A stretch of 64,000 nt of DNA from Candidatus Daviesbacteria bacterium RIFCSPHIGHO2_02_FULL_43_12 (GTDB taxonomy: Bacteria > Patescibacteriota > Microgenomatia > Daviesbacterales > UBA10151): positions 3,684 to 67,683 of the forward strand of contig MFDD01000014.1 of NCBI GenBank assembly GCA_001776775.1. The letters are read 5' to 3'. The notes beneath the pieces are model-generated. The model made no database searches and had not been told where the DNA came from. It saw only the letters and a list, made by a program, of their open reading frames with translations. How positions within the stretch are numbered: position 1 is the first letter of the stretch; every line of letters starts with the position of its first letter. A program made the translations under genes and the position numbers. Shown here piece after piece: positions 37,345 through 45,822 of this stretch.

Positions 37345-38511
37345 CTAGTAAGTGACAGTGCTACCTTCAGGAACTGTTTGAATCCAAATCACCCCTCTGT
37401 CCAAGGCAATTTCTTTGCCCTTGGCATCCAGGAAAACTTCCCGAGACTGTCGGGTCTTTTTATTCCAGGTTCCGGTAATGACACTTCCATCCATAAAGAT
37501 TAGGGCCTTGCCTTGTCCCTTGTTTCCATAAAGCAGATGGGCATTATTTTCATAGCCATCATTAGCATGAGATTCCTTCATAAACTGAACGATAATATTT
37601 TTGGCAGAGAGCTGCTCGTTTGTATTTAAATCAACTTGAGTTTGTCCACCATTGGTACGTTTATAACAGTTACAAGAGGCTTCATATTTCCAATCGACAG
37701 CATAATCTTTATACCCATCCCAAAAATTGACATTGATGGCAGTGGTGGTACCACTAGGCTGATCATCTTTAAAAGTCCACGGCACAAAACTTTTATCCCA
37801 CCTTAATCCCGCCGAATCGCTAGCAGTCCAACCACGCTTTTCTCCGGCTGTCCAGAGCTTGTCGATGGTTGAATACATGGTATGTTCGGTGGCTACAGCA
37901 CGACCCAGACGTTGATAATCTCGCCAATAAGTTGGAAAACCGATACCAAACTGATTTAAGTCTTTAATTTTGTAGTCAATGATCTGGCCCAAAGCATTGG
38001 CCGGACCTGGGCTGTTAGCACCTCCAACATGGGCGTAGAGAGCATCATACTCAGACAGCCAATCAAGAAAGTAGGTTCTGGCTGATCGCACAGGACCAAC
38101 CTGAACATCACTTAAATGACAAAGAAAAACGGCCATAAACCGAGTAATTCCACCCTCGGCGACGACCTCATAAACTACATCTGCAGATGATAAACCAGAT
38201 TGAGGTCGGGCTTCAGTATGGTTTTCGATCATTACCGCCAAAGGTCGTCTAAGCTTCCAGGCATCAAGAGCTTTTTGGGTATGCATTGACCCGTTTAAAG
38301 GGCACTCTTCGGTCTTTGGCTCTGAAGGATCTTCTCCATCTTTATTAGCAACTCCAGGAAGGGTGCTGGCTAGCTGAGAGGTGTCAGTTTTGATCGCTCG
38401 AGTCGAAAAGAGAGAGTAGCTAATACTGGTTGAAGCTGCATAAAGCAGGATCGACAAGATCGCCACAACTAGACTTTTTTGAAAGTTACTTAAATTTGCG
38501 AAAAGGTTCAT
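37345..38511 (-). CDS. DUF3048 (YerB-like) membrane-anchored protein
   Basis: RPLAVMIEN, ARPQSGL, EGGITRF, GPVRSAR. Confidence 0.85.
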   Translation of the reverse strand: MNLFANLSNFQKSLVVAILSILLYAASTSISYSLFSTRAIKTDTSQLASTLPGVANKDGEDPSEPKTEECPLNGSMHTQKALDAWKLRRPLAVMIENHTEARPQSGLSSADVVYEVVAEGGITRFMAVFLCHLSDVQVGPVRSARTYFLDWLSEYDALYAHVGGANSPGPANALGQIIDYKIKDLNQFGIGFPTYWRDYQRLGRAVATEHTMYSTIDKLWTAGEKRGWTASDSAGLRWDKSFVPWTFKDDQPSGTTTAINVNFWDGYKDYAVDWKYEASCNCYKRTNGGQTQVDLNTNEQLSAKNIIVQFMKESHANDGYENNAHLLYGNKGQGKALIFMDGSVITGTWNKKTRQSREVFLDAKGKEIALDRGVIWIQTVPEGSTVTY

Positions 38512-38576
38512 TTTAAAGCGACTTTCTCTATTATTCTACATGCAGAGCGAAGAAATCAATTACCTATTTTAAAAAG

Positions 38577-39059
38577 CTAGGAAAGCATACTCTCTAAAAG
38601 TTGTTGCTCTTCTCCTGAAAGCTCTATTTGGGCAATGCCTTCACGAATCTCTTTGGCATAAACCCTGGTACCGGAACGGGTATGTAAACTCGTAAGAAGT
38701 ATCCCCGTTTGTTTTCCATCTAACCAGATCGCAGAGAAACTTTGTTCTCCTCCTGTATCTCCATAAGGATTATAGCGCAGGAGCGAGACATTCTGAGTGC
38801 TGTTAAGTCCGGTTAGGGCAGCATCTCGAATATTTTTTTGGAGAACCTGTTCTCTTCTGGATACTTCTTGCAAAGCTTTTAAAACCTCATTGAACTTATT
38901 AACCAAGCCTTTTTTATTATCCTCACCATCCAGTTCCGGCAAGAGTGCCTTCATATACTGAATGTGCCGAAGCAGCAGAAAGGTCAACCCACCTAACCAA
39001 ATAACCAGCAAACTTAATCCGACAATAAAAAAAGATTCCATAAAATATCCTTCGAGCAT
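38577..39059 (-). CDS. DUF4446-family protein
   Basis: RYNPYGDTGGEQSFS, RVYAK, LSGEE. Confidence 0.8.
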   Translation of the reverse strand: MLEGYFMESFFIVGLSLLVIWLGGLTFLLLRHIQYMKALLPELDGEDNKKGLVNKFNEVLKALQEVSRREQVLQKNIRDAALTGLNSTQNVSLLRYNPYGDTGGEQSFSAIWLDGKQTGILLTSLHTRSGTRVYAKEIREGIAQIELSGEEQQLLESMLS

Positions 39060-39195
39060 GATTATACTTCAAGATGGTTATTCTCGAATAGGGTGACTCG
39101 CTAAAAGATTAAAGTTTATCTGGCACATGCTTGACAGGCATAGTAATAAGTGCTAGGCTCAATTAGGCTCAAAATCTTAAGTTTAGCTTAGTCCA

Positions 39196-39462
39196 ATGGC
39201 TCAACAAAAATCCACCGCAAAAAGACTTAGTAACATCCGTAGACAGCTTTCCGGTCGAGAATTTAGTTTGCAGGCAAAGCCAGAGGCTTTAAATTATAGC
39301 CTGTCTACTAACTTGACTCTTAAACAATCAGAAAACAACTCTGAGCTATCCTATCTTAAGACAGACCTTTTGAAAATAGCGCTTTTAATGAGTTTTGCCA
39401 TTGGTTTTCAGCTGGTTCTTTTTGTCTTAAAAAATCATGGTCTAAAAGTTATGGGTTTTTAG
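39196..39462 (+). CDS. Small membrane hypothetical protein
   Basis: YLKTDLLKI followed by C-terminal TM helix. Confidence 0.65.
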   Translation: MAQQKSTAKRLSNIRRQLSGREFSLQAKPEALNYSLSTNLTLKQSENNSELSYLKTDLLKIALLMSFAIGFQLVLFVLKNHGLKVMGF

Positions 39463-39526
39463 TACTGAGTTCTGAGTAAAAAATATTTTTCTTACTCACG
39501 ACACTATGCTCATAACTCAAAACTAA
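39454..39526. repeat. Inverted pair of degenerate heptamer arrays (TGAGT / ACTCA)
   Basis: agtactg agttctg agta ... tactcac ... tgctcat aactcaa aactaat. Confidence 0.6.
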
Positions 39527-39549
39527 TTTGGAAGGAGGTGAATTTATAA

Positions 39550-39693
39550 ATGCAAATGTATTGTGTAAAATGTCGCGCCAAAAGAGACGCTAATAATGTT
39601 CAAGAAGTTACTATGAAAAATGGTAAAAAAGCTGCTAAAGGTGTTTGTTCAGTTTGCGGTACCGGAATGTACAAAATAGGTGCAGTGGTATAA
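39550..39693 (+). CDS. Small zinc-ribbon protein, DUF5679-like (47 aa, not in ORF track)
   Basis: MQMYCVKCRAKR...TMKNGK..KGVCSVCGTGMYKIG; strong SD GGAGGTG. Confidence 0.85.
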   Translation: MQMYCVKCRAKRDANNVQEVTMKNGKKAAKGVCSVCGTGMYKIGAVV

Positions 39694-39727
39694 AGAAAAG
39701 TTGAAATGATGGATTCACCATCTTGAG

Positions 39728-39762
39728 AAAAACCCCGTTTTTTTTAAAATTACGGGGTTTTT
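39728..39762. terminator. Bidirectional intrinsic terminator
   Basis: AAAAACCCCG...CGGGGTTTTT between convergent genes. Confidence 0.7.
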
Positions 39763-39775
39763 CTATGGACAAATT

Positions 39776-39955
39776 TTACCCATCGTCACGAATTCGATAC
39801 TGCAAGGACTCAGTCACACGTTTTTCTTCGATAGCCCGATCGGCTAACCCCACAATGGTAAAAGAGGGCAGTCCTAAAGAGGCAATATCCGCTTCGATGA
39901 CAACAACTGTACCCTCTAGCCCATTTAACGCTCCAGACAACACTTTCGCCAGCAT
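39776..39955 (-). pseudogene. comM: comM/yifB (Mg-chelatase-like ATPase) remnant with large in-frame internal deletion
   Basis: MLAKVLSGALNGLEG...GLPSFTIVGLADRAIEE joined directly to C-terminal-like KRVTESLQYR. Confidence 0.8.
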
Positions 39956-39959
39956 AGTT

Positions 39960-40694
39960 TTATCTGATTAAGTCTTTGATTTTAGTAACTGCTACTACAA
40001 AACCGACTTGACTTACCTGTCTTGGTCGAGAAAAAATAATCGGAATAGATTTTTTGATAGTATTTTCGGTCATCACAATCACTCTGTCCGATAAAGATAT
40101 TGCTTCTTCAATTGAGTGTGAAACCATGATCACGGTCGGCTTAAACTGGCTCCAAATCTCTAGCAGATCGGCGTGCAGGTCATCAACGGTAATAGTATCC
40201 AGCGAAGCAAAGGGTTCGTCTAGTAGCAGCACATCCGGCTTCACAGACAAGGCTCTGGCAATCCCGACTCTTTGCCGTTGCCCTCCGGAAAGCTCCCTGG
40301 GTAATTTTTGTAAGAATTTTTGCAATCCAACCAGGTGTAAATAAAAATCTGCTTGTTTTCTGGCCTCTTTAGCAGAAAGTCCTTTCATCTTCAGCGGTAA
40401 ACTAACATTTTCTTCAACCGTCAGCCATGGCAGCAGTCCGGCTGATTGAAAAACCATGGCAATGTTTTCCGGCCTTTGAATCTCTCCACTGGTGGGCTTT
40501 TCTAAGCCGGCGATGATCTTTAGTAATGTAGATTTCCCACAGCCCGAAGGACCAACAATACAGACAAACTCACCGGACGAGACTTTTAAATCAATATCCT
40601 GCAAAGCCCAGATTTGGGAAAACTTCCGGCGGCGAAATAACCTACTCCCGGAATCATAGCTTTTAGTAATACTTTCAAGGATGATATCAGTCAA
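39960..40694 (-). CDS. ABC transporter ATPase (NitT/TauT family)
   Basis: GPSGCGKS, LSGGQ, LLDEPF, VSH. Confidence 0.92.
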   Translation of the reverse strand: MTDIILESITKSYDSGSRLFRRRKFSQIWALQDIDLKVSSGEFVCIVGPSGCGKSTLLKIIAGLEKPTSGEIQRPENIAMVFQSAGLLPWLTVEENVSLPLKMKGLSAKEARKQADFYLHLVGLQKFLQKLPRELSGGQRQRVGIARALSVKPDVLLLDEPFASLDTITVDDLHADLLEIWSQFKPTVIMVSHSIEEAISLSDRVIVMTENTIKKSIPIIFSRPRQVSQVGFVVAVTKIKDLIR

Positions 40695-41496
40695 ATTTGT
40701 ACCTCTGGACTAAGTGTAATAACCTTTGCCAAATAAGTACGTTCATCAAGCTGATGATGATTATCATAACCAGGAGGGTAGCCAAAAATAGCAGGTTATT
40801 ATTATAAAACGCTGAGTTAACTAGTAAACTTCCCAGTCCAAAAAGATCCTGTGATATGGTGCCACCTGGAATATAGGTATGTAGCACCTCTGCAACGATG
40901 ACGATACTCCAACTCGCCCCCCAAGCGAGCAGGGCACCGGTAACAATCTGCGGAAAAATTGCCGGAAGAAGAATATACCAAATCTCATTTAAGCCGGTAA
41001 TTTTATAGATCGATGCGACATTTTTGATATCGTCTGGGATAGTTTTTAAGCCTCCGATCATACTAAAGACTAATATCCAAACCATCTCCATAAATAAAAT
41101 AAAGATCGCTGCACTCTCCAGCAGATTAAATTTAATGAAAAAAAGCACCAGAACCGGGAAAAAAGCCAGTGGAGGTATTGACTGTAAAATATCAAAAACA
41201 GGCAGCAGTATCTTTTCTACTTTTGGGTGACTGGTGGAGATAATCACCAGGGGCACTGCTACAATAATGGACAGGACAAAGGCCATTATCATCCGAAAAA
41301 GAGTCAAGGTTGTGGCAAGCAATATGTCGTAAATGGAAACATTCTTATAGTCTGACAGGTTCACCGGATGTAAAAAGTTAAAGATTACTAGCAGCCCAAA
41401 GGAGAGTAGCACTAAGGTAAAAATAAGAGCGCTTAAATGATGCAAGATAGAAGTTCGATAGCTAAAGTGATACCGTGAGTGGTAAGTTTTCAACAT
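40687..41496 (-). CDS. ABC transporter permease (NitT/TauT family)
   Basis: DILQSIPPLAFFP, six TM helices, IVAE. Confidence 0.88.
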   Translation of the reverse strand: MLKTYHSRYHFSYRTSILHHLSALIFTLVLLSFGLLVIFNFLHPVNLSDYKNVSIYDILLATTLTLFRMIMAFVLSIIVAVPLVIISTSHPKVEKILLPVFDILQSIPPLAFFPVLVLFFIKFNLLESAAIFILFMEMVWILVFSMIGGLKTIPDDIKNVASIYKITGLNEIWYILLPAIFPQIVTGALLAWGASWSIVIVAEVLHTYIPGGTISQDLFGLGSLLVNSAFYNNNLLFLATLLVMIIIISLMNVLIWQRLLHLVQRYKFD

Positions 41497-41574
41497 AATA
41501 TTATTATACCCAAAACCTAAGTCCGAAAACTTGAGGGATTTGAGGCTAAGTGCAAATTGCGGTATAATACAGGG

Positions 41575-41937
41575 GCGTTTAGGAAGATGGACAGTTACCC
41601 CGCCTTTGGCGGGGAGGAAAGTCCAGACAGCGCAAAGCAGGGTGGTCGTCGTAAGGCGATACGGGTACCCTTCGGCTGGCTCAGGGTAGCCTGAGTGAAA
41701 TCGAAGACCAACCGCTAGTATAGAGCAACAGAAACGATCCTATTAAGTTAGGCTGAAACGCCCTCCTACACCAAAAGGCTTCAGAGGGTCGTTCGGAGCT
41801 CGCAAGAGCGAAGGACGAGGCAATCCTCCCCGCTGCAATCCAAGAACGAGTCGAGCTGCTTGCTCTTTGACTCAAATATGGAGCATAGATAAATTACTGT
41901 CTTAAAACAGAATCTGGCTTACAAGCTTCCTAAGCGC
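41575..41937 (+). ncRNA. rnpB: RNase P RNA
   Basis: GAGGAAAGTCCAGAC / AACAGAATCTGGCTTA P4 pairing, GCAACAGAAA, terminal P1 GCGTTTAGGAAG/CTTCCTAAGCGC; TATAAT at 41563. Confidence 0.95.
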
Positions 41938-41940
41938 AAA

Positions 41941-42933
41941 TTATTTTTTATCTGAATAGGTATCCAAGTCAATATTCAAGAAATCTTCTAATATAATTTG
42001 GATAACCACAGTAATGGGTACTGCCAAAAGACCTCCGGCGATCCCTAAAAGTTTACCCCCAATAGCAATTGCCAGGATAACGATTAAAGGATTTAATCCA
42101 ACTGCTCGTTTCATCACCTGCGGGACAATAAAATGATTTTCCAATTGCTGGATAGCAAAGAATCCCAGTCCTACAAAAAGAGCTAGTGCGGGAGACTCAA
42201 CATAGGCAATTAAAATAGCCGGAATTGCGGAAACGATCGGACCGATTACCGGCACTACCTCCATCAGTCCGGCTAGGATAGAGAGGGGCAATGCGTACTG
42301 TATGTGAAGCAAAAAAAGTAAGGTGTAAGACATCGTGCCGATTACTAAACTCAAGATAACCTGTCCCCGTAGCCAAGCTCCAAGCTTATTTTCAATCTTT
42401 AGTACCAGTTTTTCGGTCCTTTCTTTTTGGTTCGGAGATAAAGAGATAATTAATTTATAAAGTCTGTCTCTATCTATTATTAAGTAAAATGTCAAAACGG
42501 CAATAGAGATTAAAGTTAAGAAGTTAGAAAAAACAGCCAAAGTCAAAGACAGTACATGCTGAGAAGCATTACTCAATTCCTGCTGGATAACTGCTTTATC
42601 TACCCCCAAAGTAGGTGCCAGCTTTTGAATAGTTTGCGGTAGGCTAAAAAGTAGATTCGAAGTCTCGGCGGTTAGGGGAGTGATTATTAAGGTTAAAAGT
42701 CCTACGATAATACCGATCAGTACCACATAAGCTAAGGCAATAGCCATTCCTTTTGGAACGCTTCTTTTTGTTAAACTCTCGACAATAGGATTCAGTGCAG
42801 ACATAAAAATTATCGCCACAAATAATATCAGGATAACCTCTTTTATTTGGAAAAGGAGCCACAAAATTCCTAAGAAAGTGGCAATAAAAAATATGGTTTT
42901 ATGGGATATATCGATACTTGTTTGTGTTTTCAT
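41941..42933 (-). CDS. AI-2E family transporter
   Basis: Multi-TM; PVIGP, QQLENHFIVP, GLNP. Confidence 0.88.
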   Translation of the reverse strand: MKTQTSIDISHKTIFFIATFLGILWLLFQIKEVILILFVAIIFMSALNPIVESLTKRSVPKGMAIALAYVVLIGIIVGLLTLIITPLTAETSNLLFSLPQTIQKLAPTLGVDKAVIQQELSNASQHVLSLTLAVFSNFLTLISIAVLTFYLIIDRDRLYKLIISLSPNQKERTEKLVLKIENKLGAWLRGQVILSLVIGTMSYTLLFLLHIQYALPLSILAGLMEVVPVIGPIVSAIPAILIAYVESPALALFVGLGFFAIQQLENHFIVPQVMKRAVGLNPLIVILAIAIGGKLLGIAGGLLAVPITVVIQIILEDFLNIDLDTYSDKK

Positions 42934-43881
42934 TTAAGCTTTAGTATCGTACCATTTACCAACTAGTTTTTCTACCCGATCAAGATAACCTTTGCTAATA
43001 TCCACCCATAAGCCTTCTTTTTCCTTTTTAAACCAAGTCTGCTGCCGTTTTACAAAATGCCTAATCTTGAGTTTCAAGATACCTTCTAGTTGGGTCGGGG
43101 TGGTAATTACCCCACTCAAATAGTCTGCCATTATCCCATATTCTAACCCCAGCTGCTTCATGCGAGGGAGGCTTAAGATCTTTTCATTTAACTCTCTTGC
43201 CTCAGCAAGCATCCCCTGTTCCATCCTGCTGGCAACTCGCTTGTCCACTCTTTCATAAAGATATGCTAAGGGTGCTGTAAGAATTATTTTAAAAACATCG
43301 TAATCTTTCTCGATACCTAAAATCTTCGTTTGAGTGTTTCCATCCAAGGCTTTTTCGATCGCACGAGCCAGCCTCCGAGGATTCTTGGAATCAGATTCAT
43401 TCATTAAAACCAACGCTTCTTTATTTAGAGTTTTGAGCTTCTCTTGGAGTTGCTCTATATTTAAAGTAGCGAGATCCTGGCGAAGCTTAAGGTCTGGTGG
43501 ACTACTATCTTCTATCCCGCTAAGTAAGGCTTTTAGATAAAGACCTGTTCCTCCCACTATAATAGGTAATTTATTTTTATCCGTAATATTGCGTAAAACT
43601 TTTTTAACAAAGGCTACATAACGCACAACATTATAACTTGAAGTTGGATTAATTAAGTCGTACCCATGGATAGAAACTCCATCAACTATCCATTGGCCCG
43701 GAAGTTTCTGTAGAGACTCAAATCTTTCCGGATACTTGCCAGTACCTAAGTCAAGTCCCAGGTAAACTTGTCGCGAATCGCAGGCGATCAACTCACCGTT
43801 AAATCTTTTAGCCAGCTTAATTCCTAGGTCTGTCTTACCGGTTGCCGTTGGTCCGGTGATTATTAGCAATTTAGGAGTCAT
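42934..43881 (-). CDS. miaA: tRNA dimethylallyltransferase
   Basis: GPTATGKT, DSRQVY, VGGTGLY, KRQQTWF. Confidence 0.95.
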   Translation of the reverse strand: MTPKLLIITGPTATGKTDLGIKLAKRFNGELIACDSRQVYLGLDLGTGKYPERFESLQKLPGQWIVDGVSIHGYDLINPTSSYNVVRYVAFVKKVLRNITDKNKLPIIVGGTGLYLKALLSGIEDSSPPDLKLRQDLATLNIEQLQEKLKTLNKEALVLMNESDSKNPRRLARAIEKALDGNTQTKILGIEKDYDVFKIILTAPLAYLYERVDKRVASRMEQGMLAEARELNEKILSLPRMKQLGLEYGIMADYLSGVITTPTQLEGILKLKIRHFVKRQQTWFKKEKEGLWVDISKGYLDRVEKLVGKWYDTKA

Positions 43882-45797
43882 ATATTTGTTTGATAAATTT
43901 CATACTCCTTGCTTTCAAAAATGAGAGGAAATGTTTGTCTTATATAATTTCGGTTTATTGAGCCGTCGGTATCATACTTGGACAATAAAATGTAACGGAT
44001 ATTATATTCCCGAAAAAGTGGATCAGTTTCTTGTCCAGCTAACATTTTAATTAGATCAGCCTGTTGTCTTTGGTAATCTAATCCATAGCTCCATAACCAA
44101 CCGTTAAAACCAACGACTACTTTTCTTCCGGCAATTGAAACAGCTGGGTTATTAAAGACGTCCTTAGATAGAAAGGTTCCGTCATTTGGTAGGGTTTTAA
44201 TAAAGTTACCTGTCTTTAGTGCGTCCAATGAATATAGTTGATAACTTATTCCAGGAGTATTAAAAACCGGTTGGGTAATCAGACGCCAGTTGTCAATGAA
44301 ACCAGTTATTGTGCAAAGAATTAATATTCCTCCTGCCAATATTTTTATAGAGTCCCTGGGAACTCGAAGCATTTTTACTAAAGAGGCTACAACTAAAGGC
44401 AGGGTGAAGATATACCAGTAAATAAAGATTTTTATATTATCGAAATCCCAGGGTTGAAAAATAAATAGACTCCCTACAAAAAACCAAAATAATCCAACTA
44501 ACGCGAGTAGATATACATTGTCTCGTCTTTTTATATTCCATAAACAAAAAATTACAGTCAAAATCGGCAGAATATTAAAATTCTTCAGGTAAAAAAAGAT
44601 TGGATTTTCTCCGTGAGCCATCCACCATGGTTGAAACTTAATTAGAGAAAACATGTTGTCTGTTTGGGCTAAAAAGGATTTGGAAAGAAAGACAATTAAC
44701 AGACTCCCTATTAATCCAATGGGCGCCAGGAGGACTATCTTTTTAGGACTTTTAACTAGTAGCATTAATCCGATAAATAAAATAAACGGCGCCAGAATCA
44801 TTAAAGTATGAGTATGTACAAGCGGTAGCAGAGAAATCAGTAAGCTGCCGAAGATAAATTTAGGTAACAAGAATTTAGATTTTAATTCTAAAAAAACTCC
44901 GATAATGACCAGAGCAAAAGGAAGCCCTAGCAAAAAACTTCGCTGAGGTAGAAGCATCGATATCACTACGTTAATCCACCAAAACCCGATGTCTTTGAGG
45001 GCAGTATAGTCGTGAGGGATATGCTGGATAAATTGCCAGAAATGTTCGCCGGAGGAATAATAGTCTCGGAAAAAATGTACAAACCCAAACCCCCCATTAA
45101 AGAAAAAGAGGCTCAGTCCCAAGATACTGGCTAATTTACTTTTTGTTAAGCGATATAGAAAAAAGGTCAGGATTAAAATTAAACAGATCATAAAAATAGA
45201 TCCTGTCACTCCCACTGCCAAATCCACCCGTAATCCCAGGGGGTTAACAAACTGCGCCGTGATAAAATCTACCAAAAAGGGGTAGGATATCAGGGCTTTA
45301 GCCAAGTTGGGGTTTTCGACCGGAAAGTTATGACCCTCGGCAAAAGAATTAATAATCCCTAAATGTAAAAACATATCCCCATAAGCATGTAACAAGGCAA
45401 TATATAAGCCGTCCTTTGCATAGGTTAAGAGTCGCCAGGCTAAACCAGAATAAAGAAGTAAGAATAAGCAGTTAAGGCCGGCGAAAAGTTGCCATGATCT
45501 TTGTCGATACCTGGCTACAAAGTCCTGCAGATCCTCTTGAAGCACCCTACGGGTAGACTTTAAAAATAAAGCAAGTAGTAGCACTTCCAAGATGAGTAAA
45601 GAAATTAAAAAACTCCCCCAATTTAGTCCGAAAAGGTATGCAAATCCTAGGTTGATATATCCTAAAAAAATAAGCGAAATGAGCAGTCCGACAGCGCATT
45701 TTTCTTCTAGGAAAAACTTTAACCTAAAAAGTGTAGTCAAGGACACCCCAATTAAGATAAGATTAATCAACAGACTTGCGACAATAACTGCAGTCAT
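43878..45797 (-). CDS. Large polytopic membrane protein, GT-C glycosyltransferase-like
   Basis: Many TM helices; YGDMFLH, YPF, PQRS, PWDFDNIK. Confidence 0.65.
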   Translation of the reverse strand: MTAVIVASLLINLILIGVSLTTLFRLKFFLEEKCAVGLLISLIFLGYINLGFAYLFGLNWGSFLISLLILEVLLLALFLKSTRRVLQEDLQDFVARYRQRSWQLFAGLNCLFLLLYSGLAWRLLTYAKDGLYIALLHAYGDMFLHLGIINSFAEGHNFPVENPNLAKALISYPFLVDFITAQFVNPLGLRVDLAVGVTGSIFMICLILILTFFLYRLTKSKLASILGLSLFFFNGGFGFVHFFRDYYSSGEHFWQFIQHIPHDYTALKDIGFWWINVVISMLLPQRSFLLGLPFALVIIGVFLELKSKFLLPKFIFGSLLISLLPLVHTHTLMILAPFILFIGLMLLVKSPKKIVLLAPIGLIGSLLIVFLSKSFLAQTDNMFSLIKFQPWWMAHGENPIFFYLKNFNILPILTVIFCLWNIKRRDNVYLLALVGLFWFFVGSLFIFQPWDFDNIKIFIYWYIFTLPLVVASLVKMLRVPRDSIKILAGGILILCTITGFIDNWRLITQPVFNTPGISYQLYSLDALKTGNFIKTLPNDGTFLSKDVFNNPAVSIAGRKVVVGFNGWLWSYGLDYQRQQADLIKMLAGQETDPLFREYNIRYILLSKYDTDGSINRNYIRQTFPLIFESKEYEIYQTNI

Positions 45798-45822
45798 AAT
45801 TTATAAGTGTATCAGATTCAAT

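Noticed and set aside
39723-39971. 82-aa plus-strand ORF
   Set aside because: Antisense shadow of the comM remnant, starting at a terminator
41681-41875. 64-aa minus-strand ORF
   Set aside because: Antisense to RNase P RNA
45592-45822. N-terminal extension of the PMT ORF
   Set aside because: Overlaps the divergent gene by over 200 nt; ATG 45823 gives a normal N-terminus
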